A stretch of 64,000 nt of DNA. Source: an uncultured Clostridia bacterium. GTDB taxonomy: Bacteria > Bacillota > Clostridia > TANB77 > CAG-508. The DNA lies in assembly GCA_963559065.1 (NCBI GenBank), contig CAUWIY010000010.1:5527-69526 (forward strand). Direction: 5' to 3'. Positions 8,913-18,872 of the stretch are shown piece after piece (within the stretch, counting starts at the first letter, position 1; each line of letters starts with the position of its first letter). The notes under the pieces are model-generated. The model was not told where the DNA came from and ran no database searches. It saw nothing but the letters and a program-made list of their open reading frames with translations. The position numbers were made by a program, and so were the translations under genes.

Positions 8913-10529
8913 ATGGAAACTACTAATCTATCAAAAATTAGAAGAGATAAAATGCTAAATACAATAAATGAAATAAAGAAAAATGTTGTTGATGAAGAAA
9001 CTTTAACTAATTTATCAATGATAGAAAATGAATTAACAAAAAAGAAGTATGGTCTTATTTGGGAAGAACATGAGGAACGAGTTGACAAAGAATTAGAAAC
9101 ACAAATACCTATTTTTGAAGAAGTGAAAGATAAAGAAATAATATCTAATCCTGAAGATAAGTTTAATTTTTTGTTAGAGGGAGATAATCTTCATAGTTTG
9201 TATTTATTAGAAAAAACTCATAAAGAGAAAATAGATATTATATATATAGATCCACCATATAATACAGGAAACAATGATTTTACTTATGGAGATGAAACGC
9301 TTTCAAAAGAAGACGAATATAAACATTCAAAATGGCTTTCGTTTATGGAAAAAAGATTAAAAATTGCTAAAAATCTTTTATGTCCTCATGGAGTTATATT
9401 TATTTCGATTGATGATAATGAATATGCAAATTTAAAATTATTATGTGACTCTGTTTTTGATGAAAACAACTTTATAGGAGTTTATTTAAAACAATCAAAA
9501 ATTGGTGGAGGAAATGATAGTAAGTTTATTGTAAAAGAACATGAATATTGCTTAGTATATTCTAAGAACTTTAATGATTGTTATCAAATGTTTATTAGGC
9601 ATGATGAAAAATATCTAAAGCGATATAAGGAAGAAGATGAAAATGGAAAATACTTTTGGGATACATTTGCTAGACCAGGATTAAAGCACCCAATTATATA
9701 TGATATAATTGCTCCAGATGGAAGTATTATAAATAATGGTTGGATACATTCTAAAACTAGATTTGAACAAGAATATTGTGAAGGAAAAATAAAAATTGTA
9801 AAAAACAAAAAAGGAGATTGGTCAGTTTTTTTTAAACAATATTTAAATTTAAAGGGAAAAAAACCACGAAGTATGACAATGAATTTTGGAGGTAGCATTG
9901 ATGGTAAAAAAGATTTAGTTAATGTTTTAAACGACGATAAGATTTTTTCTTACCCAAAATCAGTAGAATTTATAAAAACATTAATATCAACTGTTTCTGT
10001 AAAAAATCCTATTATTCTTGATTTTTTTGCTGGTTCTGGTACAACGGGACAAGCTGTGGCTGAAATGAATAAAGAAGATAATGGTAGTAGAACTTTTATA
10101 TTATGTACAAATAACGAAAATAATATTTGTGAAGATGTTACGTATAATAGATTAAAAAACACATTTAATGGTACTGAGAAACTAGAGGCTTCTAAATTTA
10201 ATCTGAAATACTACCGTTGTACTTATATTCCAAGAATTAATACCGAAACAGAAAACTTACATAATAATTTGCTTACAAACATAAAAAATCTTATTCAATT
10301 AGAAAATGGCATAGAGATAGATGATGATAAAATAAAAGTATATTTAAATGAAAACGAATTGGATAAATTTAGCACTAGTCAAGAAGAATTAGTTGTATGT
10401 GAAAAAGTATATATATCAAGTGATATTTTACTTACAACAGAACAAGAAAAAATCTTTGAAGATAATAATATTAGAGTATATATCATACCAGAGTATTACT
10501 TTGAAGATGAAATTATGGAGGTAATGTAA
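8913..10529 (+). CDS. mod: Type III R-M DNA methyltransferase (Mod, beta-class N6-adenine/N4-cytosine MTase)
   Basis: Motif IV IIYIDPPYNTG precedes motif I FFAGSGTTGQAV (beta order). AAGGAG SD. TAATG overlap with the downstream helicase-nuclease. Confidence 0.85.
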   Translation: METTNLSKIRRDKMLNTINEIKKNVVDEETLTNLSMIENELTKKKYGLIWEEHEERVDKELETQIPIFEEVKDKEIISNPEDKFNFLLEGDNLHSLYLLEKTHKEKIDIIYIDPPYNTGNNDFTYGDETLSKEDEYKHSKWLSFMEKRLKIAKNLLCPHGVIFISIDDNEYANLKLLCDSVFDENNFIGVYLKQSKIGGGNDSKFIVKEHEYCLVYSKNFNDCYQMFIRHDEKYLKRYKEEDENGKYFWDTFARPGLKHPIIYDIIAPDGSIINNGWIHSKTRFEQEYCEGKIKIVKNKKGDWSVFFKQYLNLKGKKPRSMTMNFGGSIDGKKDLVNVLNDDKIFSYPKSVEFIKTLISTVSVKNPIILDFFAGSGTTGQAVAEMNKEDNGSRTFILCTNNENNICEDVTYNRLKNTFNGTEKLEASKFNLKYYRCTYIPRINTETENLHNNLLTNIKNLIQLENGIEIDDDKIKVYLNENELDKFSTSQEELVVCEKVYISSDILLTTEQEKIFEDNNIRVYIIPEYYFEDEIMEVM

Positions 10530-12727
10530 TGCAAGGAATTAAACTAAAAAATTTTCAAATAGATACGGTAAATAAATTACTAGATGCAACATCAGTTGGT
10601 AACAAAAAAGAAGTTTTAGTACAAGCTCCTACTGGTAGTGGTAAAACTATTATATTACTTTCATATATTGAAGAATTTTTAAAAGAAAATAAAAATGCTA
10701 TATTTGTGTGGCTGACTCCGGGTAAAGGTGATTTGGAAGAACAAAGTAAAAATAAAATGATTAAATTTTTACCACATCATTCAACCAAAAATATTCAAGA
10801 AGTTTTATTACAAGGTTTTGAAGCGAAAGATACAGCATTTATAAATTGGGAAACAATTACTAAAAAAGGGAATAATGCTTTAAAAGAAACAGAAAGAAAA
10901 AATCTTTATGAAAGAGTTCGCGAAGCACATAATTGTGGATACAAGTTTATCATCATTGTTGATGAAGAGCATCTAAACAAAACAGTTAAGGCTGAAAGTA
11001 TTATTGAATATATGCAGCCAGAGTACATTGTTCGTGTTAGTGCTACAACTAAAACAAATAAAGAAGCAGAATTTATTAAAATAGATGAGCTAGAAGTAAT
11101 TAATGCAGGTCTTATAACAAGAGCATTATACATTAATGAAAATGTATCTAACCAAACAGCTTTGACAAATGAACACGAATATTTACTTAATTTAGCAATA
11201 AATAAAAGAAGAGCGATAAAAGAAGAATATATAAAACTAGGAGTTCAAGTGAATCCCTTAATTATTATTCAGGTACCAAGTAAGTCTGATGATTTAATTA
11301 AACAGATAGAAAAAATACTTGAAGAAAAAAATTATACTTATGATAGATGCAATTTAGCAATATGGCTATCTGAAAGAAAAGAAAATATTGAAAACATTGA
11401 AAATAATAATTCTTTACCATCTATTCTTATAATGAAACAAGCAATTTCTACAGGTTGGGATTGTCCTAGAGCAAAAATACTTGTAAAACTTCGTGATAAT
11501 ATGAGTGAAGATTTTGAAACTCAAACAATTGGAAGAATTAGAAGAATGCCACAAGCACATCATTATGATAATGTACTTTTAGACAATTGCTACCTTTATA
11601 CTTTTGATGAAAAGTATGAAACAGCCGTGAAACAAGAATTAGGAAATAATGCTTATGATACTAAAGTTATCTTCTTAAAAGATGAATTTAAAAATTTTGG
11701 TTTAAAGAAAATAACTTTTGATAATAGTTTTGATGGATTTGATGAAAGACAAACTTTTAACATATTACATGGATATTATATTGATAAATATAAGTTAACC
11801 AGTAATAAAAAGAATAATAAAACAATATTAGAAGCAAATGGATATGTATTTAAAGATACAATTGATAACTACATCATTCAAGATAAAATAGTTAGAATAA
11901 ACTCTGATGAATTAGAAAATGCCAATAGAATAAAAGTTAAATCAGAAGTAAGCACAAATAAAAATGGTTTTGAGTTGAGACATTCAATTAATGTTATATC
12001 ATCTAAAATCGGAATGAGATATGATAGAACAAGATTAATGCTAGAAAGAATGTTCTTTAGAGGTAAATTATTTACTAGAAAATTTGTAGATTTATCTTTA
12101 ATTGAATTTTATGCTTTTGCAATAAACAATGAAGAATTATTAAAACATGACTTTCAAGAAGCTGTTTCACAAAAAGCAAGACAAATAAAAATAAAACTAG
12201 ATGAATTAAAAATTGTTGATTGGAAAGTTCCCGAAATGGATTATATCAAGTATGACTCTAAGATGAAAGATACAATAATTTATGAAAAATCAATTTATAA
12301 GAATTATCCTAATAGTACAATAAAATCTAAAAGTGAAAGAATGTTTGAATACTTCTGCGAAAATAATGAAAACATTAAATGGTTCTACAAGAATGGTGAA
12401 TTATCAAGTGATTATTTCTCAATAGTATATGTCGACGCAGTAAATCATAAATGGCACTTTTATCCTGATTTTATTGTTTGTGATAAAAATAATAAAATAT
12501 GGATTATCGAAACTAAAGGTGGGGAAAACAACACGGGAGAGTCTAAAAATATTGACATTAAAGTAGAAAATAAATTTGAAGCATTAAAAGAATATTCTAA
12601 AAAATATAATGTCAATTTTGGATTTGTTAGAGATTATGATAAAAATAATTCACTTTATTTATGCAATACTGAATATACAGAAGATATGAAAAATGATAAT
12701 TGGAGATTATTAAAAGAATTTTTTTGA
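10529..12727 (+). CDS. res: Type III restriction enzyme Res subunit (SF2 helicase + PD-(D/E)xK nuclease)
   Basis: Walker A VQAPTGSGKT, DEEH box (IIVDEEH), SAT, motif VI QTIGRIRR. C-terminal YPDFIV...IIETKG is a PD..ExK nuclease motif. Translationally coupled to mod. Confidence 0.85.
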   Translation: MQGIKLKNFQIDTVNKLLDATSVGNKKEVLVQAPTGSGKTIILLSYIEEFLKENKNAIFVWLTPGKGDLEEQSKNKMIKFLPHHSTKNIQEVLLQGFEAKDTAFINWETITKKGNNALKETERKNLYERVREAHNCGYKFIIIVDEEHLNKTVKAESIIEYMQPEYIVRVSATTKTNKEAEFIKIDELEVINAGLITRALYINENVSNQTALTNEHEYLLNLAINKRRAIKEEYIKLGVQVNPLIIIQVPSKSDDLIKQIEKILEEKNYTYDRCNLAIWLSERKENIENIENNNSLPSILIMKQAISTGWDCPRAKILVKLRDNMSEDFETQTIGRIRRMPQAHHYDNVLLDNCYLYTFDEKYETAVKQELGNNAYDTKVIFLKDEFKNFGLKKITFDNSFDGFDERQTFNILHGYYIDKYKLTSNKKNNKTILEANGYVFKDTIDNYIIQDKIVRINSDELENANRIKVKSEVSTNKNGFELRHSINVISSKIGMRYDRTRLMLERMFFRGKLFTRKFVDLSLIEFYAFAINNEELLKHDFQEAVSQKARQIKIKLDELKIVDWKVPEMDYIKYDSKMKDTIIYEKSIYKNYPNSTIKSKSERMFEYFCENNENIKWFYKNGELSSDYFSIVYVDAVNHKWHFYPDFIVCDKNNKIWIIETKGGENNTGESKNIDIKVENKFEALKEYSKKYNVNFGFVRDYDKNNSLYLCNTEYTEDMKNDNWRLLKEFF

Positions 12728-12986
12728 AATTTTAAGATTCAAAAAGTAGACTTAAAGGACAATTGAAATTATATAGAAAAAATCTAATTGTTTACTATCT
12801 TACTTTGGTTGAACTAGACATACAACCATTAAAGAAGCATTTTATGATTAAAATAAGAAAAACACTTTTTTTATTTATATTTTTATGGTACAATATAATA
12901 CAGTTATGTAAATTATTTACATAATAATAAGACAAGGAGGAAAATATGATTATTTAAAATATTAAATATATCATATAATAAAAAAT

Positions 12987-13892
12987 ATGGGATTTTTTGA
13001 TAAATTGAAACAAGGACTTAATAAAACAAAAAGTTCATTTGATGAAAAAATAAACAATATTTTTAGCAATTTTAGAAAAGTTGATGAAGAATTTTTAGAT
13101 GAATTAGAAGAAGTATTAATAATGTCAGATATAGGGATGGATACTTCAATAAAAATAATAAATAGTTTAAGAGAAAGAATAAAAAAAGAAAATTTAAAAG
13201 ATGAAGAAGAAGTAAAACAAGCATTAAGAGAAGAAATGCAAAAAATACTTGACGTTACAGATATTAGTTTACATTTAAATACAAAGCCATCTGTTATATT
13301 GGTTGTAGGAGTAAATGGAGTAGGAAAGACAACATCTATCGGAAAAATGGCAAATAGATTAGCAAAAGATGGTAAAAAGGTAGTAGTTGCAGCAGCAGAT
13401 ACTTTTAGAGCAGCTGCTGTTGAACAATTAGAAATATGGGCAAATAGAGCAGGAGCAACAGTTGTAAAAAGAGAAGAAGGAGTAGATCCAGCATCTGTTG
13501 TTTATGATGCCATAAGACAAACAAAAGAGATAGGAGCAGACATATTAATAGTAGATACAGCAGGAAGATTACATAACAAAAAATATCTAATGGACGAATT
13601 AAATAAAATCCAAAAAGTAATTAATAAAGAAATGCCAGAATCAGACAAAGAAGTATTACTAGTAATAGATGGAACAACTGGACAAAACGCAATTTCACAA
13701 GTAAAAGCATTTAAACAAGAAGCGGACATAACAGGAATAGTATTAACAAAATTAGACGGAACAGCAAAAGGTGGAGTAGTAATAGGAATAGTAGAAGAAA
13801 ACCAAATACCAGTAAAATTTATAGGAGTAGGAGAACAAATAGATGACATGGAAATCTTCAACTCAGAAGACTTTGTAAAAGCTATCATATAA
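12987..13892 (+). CDS. ftsY: Signal recognition particle receptor FtsY
   Basis: MGFFDKLKQGLNKTKSSF N-terminus, GVNGVGKTT P-loop, DTAGR, TKLDGTAKGG. No SD directly upstream. Confidence 0.95.
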   Translation: MGFFDKLKQGLNKTKSSFDEKINNIFSNFRKVDEEFLDELEEVLIMSDIGMDTSIKIINSLRERIKKENLKDEEEVKQALREEMQKILDVTDISLHLNTKPSVILVVGVNGVGKTTSIGKMANRLAKDGKKVVVAAADTFRAAAVEQLEIWANRAGATVVKREEGVDPASVVYDAIRQTKEIGADILIVDTAGRLHNKKYLMDELNKIQKVINKEMPESDKEVLLVIDGTTGQNAISQVKAFKQEADITGIVLTKLDGTAKGGVVIGIVEENQIPVKFIGVGEQIDDMEIFNSEDFVKAII

Positions 13893-13895
13893 AAT

Positions 13896-13980
13896 GGTCA
13901 ATAGGGACGACCCTTTTTGACAACCACACATCATTAAAGTAGAAAAAGTTGTCATTAGGGACAGAGGATTTTGACAATAA
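13896..13980. repeat. Two GGGAC-box / TTTTGACAA repeat units
   Basis: GGTCAATAGGGACGACCCTTTTTGACAACC (13896-13925) and GTTGTCATTAGGGACAGAGGATTTTGACAATAA (13948-13980). Same architecture as 63041-63072. Confidence 0.7.
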
Positions 13981-14153
13981 CTAGTATTTATTAAAACCAT
14001 GAAAACTTTAATTGTGAATATTGCATTAAACTTAATTGCGAATGTTACATCAGAATAAACAGTTGAAGATTATATTGAAATTAACAACGAAATATTATAA
14101 CTTAAAATAACTCAAAATAAAAAATGTCTTAGTAGGCAAAAGGAGGAAAGGAA

Positions 14154-16940
14154 TTGAAAAACAAACACAGAACAATTATTGTAGTACTTTTTATTGCTGT
14201 TTTTATATTACTTACATATGTTAATTTAAGAGGAAGTTACTTACAATATCAAGATTTAGGGGAAAATTACACACAAGTATTTTTTACAAATTTAAAATAT
14301 AAATATACTATATTCATAGCCAATTTTCTAATCCTTTATTTTCTTATCTATTTTACAAATAGAGGAATTAAAAAAGGTCTAAAAGTATTTTTTGATGCAG
14401 AAAAAAAGCCAATGCCAAAACTATTAAACAAATCAATTGCATTTGTTATTTCTGTTTTAGTAAGTACTGTAATTGCAAACTTATTTATGAAAAAAGTAAT
14501 ATTGTATACAGGTAACACATCATTTGGCGAAGTTGACCCAATATTTGGATTTGACATTTCTTATTTTATGTTTCAAAAGCCATTAATTCAAACATTATTA
14601 TTCTATTTTATTGGAATAGTTATAGGACTTACAATTTATATGGCTATTTACTACATAATAATATTTAATAAACACTTTGATGGTGTTGATGGCAAAATGA
14701 TAAAAGAAGGTTTATTGGTAAAAAAGGTTCTAAGAAATGTAATGCTAATTATTATAGGAATAGCACTTATTACTGCATTAAATACAACAGATATTATATA
14801 TAGCAAGATGATGACAATTAAAAATGAAATAGATAGTACAGAAAATCTGGAAATTATCGGAGCTGGGTATACTGATGTTGTAATACAAAGATGGGGATAT
14901 TTAATATTTGCTTTTGTAATGGTATTTGCAGTAAGAGCAGCTATAAAAGGATTTAAACAGAACAATACATCAAAAGTACTAAAAAGTTTACTAATTATAC
15001 CAGCATATTTAATTATATTATTTGTAGTTATGTTAGGATTTGATTTAATCTTTGTAAATTCTAACAAATTAGACAAAGAAAGAGAATATCTAGCATATAA
15101 CATAAGAAATACTAGAAATGCTTATGGTATTAATATTGAAGAAGAAAATGTAGAAAATTCTGGCACTATAACAAGAACACAAGTTAATGAAAATAAAGAA
15201 ATAATAGACAATACTAGAATTGTAAATGAAGAAACTGTTTTAGAAACATTGAGTTATAATCAGACAGGAACAGGATATTATTCTTATAGAAATGCAAATA
15301 TTGCTAAATATGATATATTAGGAGAAACTAAATTAGTATATGTCTCTCCAAGAGAAATAATTAATTCTGGTAGAACATATAATAATAAAACATATGAATA
15401 CACACATGGAATAGGGCAAATAGTATCTTCTGCAACAGATGTATCTGAAACAGGAAACATTAATTATATACAAAAAAATGTCTCAGGGTCAGATGATAAA
15501 CTAGGAACAAAAACACAACAAATTTATTATGGATTAGAAACTGACAATATAGTTGCAACAAACACAAAAAATAAGCAAGAATATGACTATACTGATGAAG
15601 ATGGATTAGAACATACATCAACATATAATGGAAAGAATAGTTTACAACTAAACTTTATTGATAGACTTATATTAGGAATAAAAACAGGAGATTTAAAACT
15701 AGCTTTTTCATCAGAAGTTACAGATGATAGTAAAATATTAATAAATAGAAATATTATTGATAGAGCAAAAACAGCAATGCCATATCTAATTTATGATGAA
15801 AACCCATATACAGTTGTAACAGATGAAGGAAGAATAGTATGGGTACTAGATGCTTATACAGTATCTGGAGCATATCCATATTCACAATATGAAACAATTA
15901 AACATGATAATATAAAAGAAAAAATCAATTATATAAGAAATTCTGTAAAGGTAATTATAGATGCTTATGATGGAACAATGGATTTTTATATAACAGACCC
16001 AACAGACCCAATAGCTGTTGCATATAGAAATGTTTATCCAACTTTATTTAAAGACAAAGATGAAAAAATACCAGAATCAATATCAGAACATTTTATTTAT
16101 CCGCAGTTTTTATATAAAGTACAAGCAGAATTATTAAAAACATATCACAATGTAAAACCAGATATATTATATAGAACAGACGATTTATGGGAATATGCAA
16201 AATATAATCCAACTATATTATCAAAATCTTCTGGGGCAATTTTAGAACCATATTACACAATGATAAAAGATGAAGGAGAAAGTAAGATAGGACTTATGCA
16301 AATATATACACCTAGTGCAAAGCAAAATCTAATTTCTTACTTAGTTGGAACAACAGATGGGGCAAACAATAAATTGAAACTATATAAATTTTCAGAAGAT
16401 AGTAATATTTTAGGAACAATGCAATTAGATAAACAAATAGAGCAAGATGAAACAATATCAGCAGAAATTCAAACTTTAAATAAAACAGGAACAAAAGTTA
16501 CAAAGGACATGGTAGTTGTACCAGTAGAAAATACATTATTATATGTAGAATCTATTTACCAAACTATGTTAAATGAATCAAAAGTACCTATATTAAAGAA
16601 AATTGTTGTAGCTTCAGGAAATAAAGTTGCTATAGGAAATAGCTTGCAAGAAGCACTAGAAAACTTGTTATCAACAGATGCAACTGATATTGAAATAGAA
16701 AATACGGATGATTTGGATGGACTTATAGATGCAATTGTAAAAGCAAATAAAAACCTTTCTGAATCAACAGAAAACAATAATTGGGAATTAATGGGTAGCG
16801 ATATTAAAAAGCTACAAGATTTAATTATGTCATTGGAAACAATGAAAGCAGAAGAAGATAAGAAAAAGCAAGAAGAAAAAAATGAAGTAAATAACAGTAT
16901 ATCTAATAATGTTATTGAATATGAAAATGTTATGGAATAA
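14154..16940 (+). CDS. UPF0182 family membrane protein
   Basis: About 930 aa with a multi-TM N-terminal third and a large C-terminal domain. MPYLIYDENPYTVVTDEGRIVWVLDAYTVSGAYPYS matches the UPF0182 signature as I recall it. TTG start with AGGAGG SD. Confidence 0.7.
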   Translation: MKNKHRTIIVVLFIAVFILLTYVNLRGSYLQYQDLGENYTQVFFTNLKYKYTIFIANFLILYFLIYFTNRGIKKGLKVFFDAEKKPMPKLLNKSIAFVISVLVSTVIANLFMKKVILYTGNTSFGEVDPIFGFDISYFMFQKPLIQTLLFYFIGIVIGLTIYMAIYYIIIFNKHFDGVDGKMIKEGLLVKKVLRNVMLIIIGIALITALNTTDIIYSKMMTIKNEIDSTENLEIIGAGYTDVVIQRWGYLIFAFVMVFAVRAAIKGFKQNNTSKVLKSLLIIPAYLIILFVVMLGFDLIFVNSNKLDKEREYLAYNIRNTRNAYGINIEEENVENSGTITRTQVNENKEIIDNTRIVNEETVLETLSYNQTGTGYYSYRNANIAKYDILGETKLVYVSPREIINSGRTYNNKTYEYTHGIGQIVSSATDVSETGNINYIQKNVSGSDDKLGTKTQQIYYGLETDNIVATNTKNKQEYDYTDEDGLEHTSTYNGKNSLQLNFIDRLILGIKTGDLKLAFSSEVTDDSKILINRNIIDRAKTAMPYLIYDENPYTVVTDEGRIVWVLDAYTVSGAYPYSQYETIKHDNIKEKINYIRNSVKVIIDAYDGTMDFYITDPTDPIAVAYRNVYPTLFKDKDEKIPESISEHFIYPQFLYKVQAELLKTYHNVKPDILYRTDDLWEYAKYNPTILSKSSGAILEPYYTMIKDEGESKIGLMQIYTPSAKQNLISYLVGTTDGANNKLKLYKFSEDSNILGTMQLDKQIEQDETISAEIQTLNKTGTKVTKDMVVVPVENTLLYVESIYQTMLNESKVPILKKIVVASGNKVAIGNSLQEALENLLSTDATDIEIENTDDLDGLIDAIVKANKNLSESTENNNWELMGSDIKKLQDLIMSLETMKAEEDKKKQEEKNEVNNSISNNVIEYENVME

Positions 16941-16989
16941 TTCCAAAATAAGAATTGTAGTATGAAAAATATTGTGAAGAATTCTATTT

Positions 16990-17040
16990 AAAAATACAGC
17001 TTGTAATAGTTATATAAAACTTATTACAAGCTGTATTTTT
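16990..17040. terminator. Bidirectional terminator (UPF0182 / tyrS convergent)
   Basis: aaaaatacagcttgtaata / tattacaagctgtattttt, a 19-bp perfect stem. Confidence 0.85.
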
Positions 17041-17072
17041 ATGTTTATAATAAGAAACATTAAAAATTTCAA

Positions 17073-18293
17073 TTATACTAATTTGAAAAATACTTTTTTA
17101 CCTTTTTTTATTATAGCATAACCATTTTCAAAATCTTTTTCTGAAAGCATATAAGCAGAATCAGCAATTTTTTCATCATTTAAAGATATACCACCTTGAG
17201 CAACTAAAGTTCTTGCTTGACCTTTTGATGGGGCAATTCCTGCTAAAATTATGGCATCAATGATAGAAACAAATTTATTATCTCCTAAATCTACAGTAGG
17301 CATGTTATCTAAATTACCTGAACCAGTAAATAAGGCATTAGCAGCTTCTTGAGCTTTTATAGCTTCTTCTTCTCCGTGAACTAGTTTTGTTATTTCGAAA
17401 GCTGCAACTTTTTTTGCATCATTTATTTTTTCATCTTTTAGGCTAGATAAACTATTAATAGTTTCTATAGGTAAAAATGTTAAAAGTTTTAAAACAGTAT
17501 CAACACTTTCATCTTCAATGTTTCTCCAATATTGATAGAACTCATAAGGAGAAGTTTTTGTAGAATCAAGCCATAAAGCTCCTTTTTCTGTTTTACCCAT
17601 TTTTTTACCTTCTTTTGTAGTAAGAAGTTTAAAAGTAAGACCATAAGAGTCTGATTTTCCTACTTTACGAATTAAATCAACTCCACCAATTATATTAGAC
17701 CATTGATCATTTCCACCCATTTCTAATTTACATCCATAAGTTTCATATAAATGTAAAAAGTCATAAGATTGCATTAACATGTAACTCATTTCAAAAAATG
17801 TTAGACCAGTATCTAATCTGTTTTTATAGCAATCAGCAGATAACATTTTATTTACTGAAAATAATGTACCAATTTCACGCATAAAATCTATAAATTTTAA
17901 ATCTAATAACCAATCAGAATTATTTACAATAATTGCTGCATTTTCGCCATCAAAACTAACAAATTTTTCAACTTGTTTTTTTATACATTCAACATTATGG
18001 TTAATCATTTCTCTTGTCATCATTTTTCTCATATCAGTTTTCCCAGAAGGGTCACCAATTGTTGCAGTACCACCACCAACTAATATAATTGGTTTATGAC
18101 CACATTTTTGCATATGACTTGCAACCATAAGTGAAACAAAATGACCAACATGCAAACTATCAGCAGTTGGGTCAATTCCAATGTAAAAAGGAACACTTTG
18201 TTTTTCAAAAAGCTCTTTAATTTCATCTGGATGAGTCATTTGTTCAATATATCCACGTTCATCTAAAATATCAAATACATTTTTTTTAATCAA
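17073..18293 (-). CDS. tyrS: Tyrosine--tRNA ligase
   Basis: HIGH region DPTADSLHVGH, KMGKT (KMSKS-like), C-terminal S4 domain. Start set to the second TTG (AAGGGG SD 8 nt upstream), giving MIKKNVFDILDERGY. Confidence 0.9.
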   Translation of the reverse strand: MIKKNVFDILDERGYIEQMTHPDEIKELFEKQSVPFYIGIDPTADSLHVGHFVSLMVASHMQKCGHKPIILVGGGTATIGDPSGKTDMRKMMTREMINHNVECIKKQVEKFVSFDGENAAIIVNNSDWLLDLKFIDFMREIGTLFSVNKMLSADCYKNRLDTGLTFFEMSYMLMQSYDFLHLYETYGCKLEMGGNDQWSNIIGGVDLIRKVGKSDSYGLTFKLLTTKEGKKMGKTEKGALWLDSTKTSPYEFYQYWRNIEDESVDTVLKLLTFLPIETINSLSSLKDEKINDAKKVAAFEITKLVHGEEEAIKAQEAANALFTGSGNLDNMPTVDLGDNKFVSIIDAIILAGIAPSKGQARTLVAQGGISLNDEKIADSAYMLSEKDFENGYAIIKKGKKVFFKLV

Positions 18294-18352
18294 AAATATC
18301 AACCCCTTAATTTTAAGTAGTAATTTTTCACAAAAATTGACAAATATAAATA

Positions 18353-18604
18353 CTATAATTTTATAGAATGGTTTTCATTTTTTGTAAAGTCATTATAACC
18401 AGCATTGTCAATAAAACGATTTAAGTTTTTAACAGTAATTCCTGTTTGAGAAGAAATTATATCTAGATTTTGTGTTAATCCGTTTTCTATTACGTAATTT
18501 TTAAAAGTTTCAAACTCTAAATTATCTTTTGATTTGCATTTAGGGCAAACCGCATCATTTGAAATAAAAAAATTTCCACATCTACTACATTTATTAAATT
18601 CCAT
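18353..18604 (-). CDS. Small zinc-ribbon protein
   Basis: CSRCGNFF...CPKCKSK forms a CxxC..CxxC pair. AGGAGG SD. Lies immediately upstream of tyrS on the same strand. Confidence 0.6.
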   Translation of the reverse strand: MEFNKCSRCGNFFISNDAVCPKCKSKDNLEFETFKNYVIENGLTQNLDIISSQTGITVKNLNRFIDNAGYNDFTKNENHSIKL

Positions 18605-18872
18605 TTTAAAATCCTCCTATTTATCTTTAGAAATTTTAAACTTAAAGCATTTTATCATATTTTTTAGAAAATAGGAAGAGGAAAAACAAAAAAAGTAGAA
18701 AAAAGCAAAATGTATAGATTTTTGAAATTCACAATGGTATAATATGCAAAAACTGTTAAATAGAAATTATTATAGAATACAACAAATTGATTTTGACGAT
18801 AATATATGTAGATTTAAAATATCTACTCATAAGAATGAAATACATTCATAAAGTTATTTAAAAGGAGGAAAA

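Noticed and set aside
12946-12957. Strong SD (AAGGAGG) followed by a 3-codon ORF (ATG ATT ATT TAA), 30 nt upstream of the SD-less ftsY start.
   Set aside because: It is out of frame with ftsY and too short to evaluate. It is possibly a relic of the island junction, and no function can be supported.
12728-12986. Right boundary of the R-M island. I looked for a direct repeat of the tRNA-Thr 3' end, an integrase remnant or an IS end.
   Set aside because: None was found. The island therefore cannot be called an integrative mobile element.
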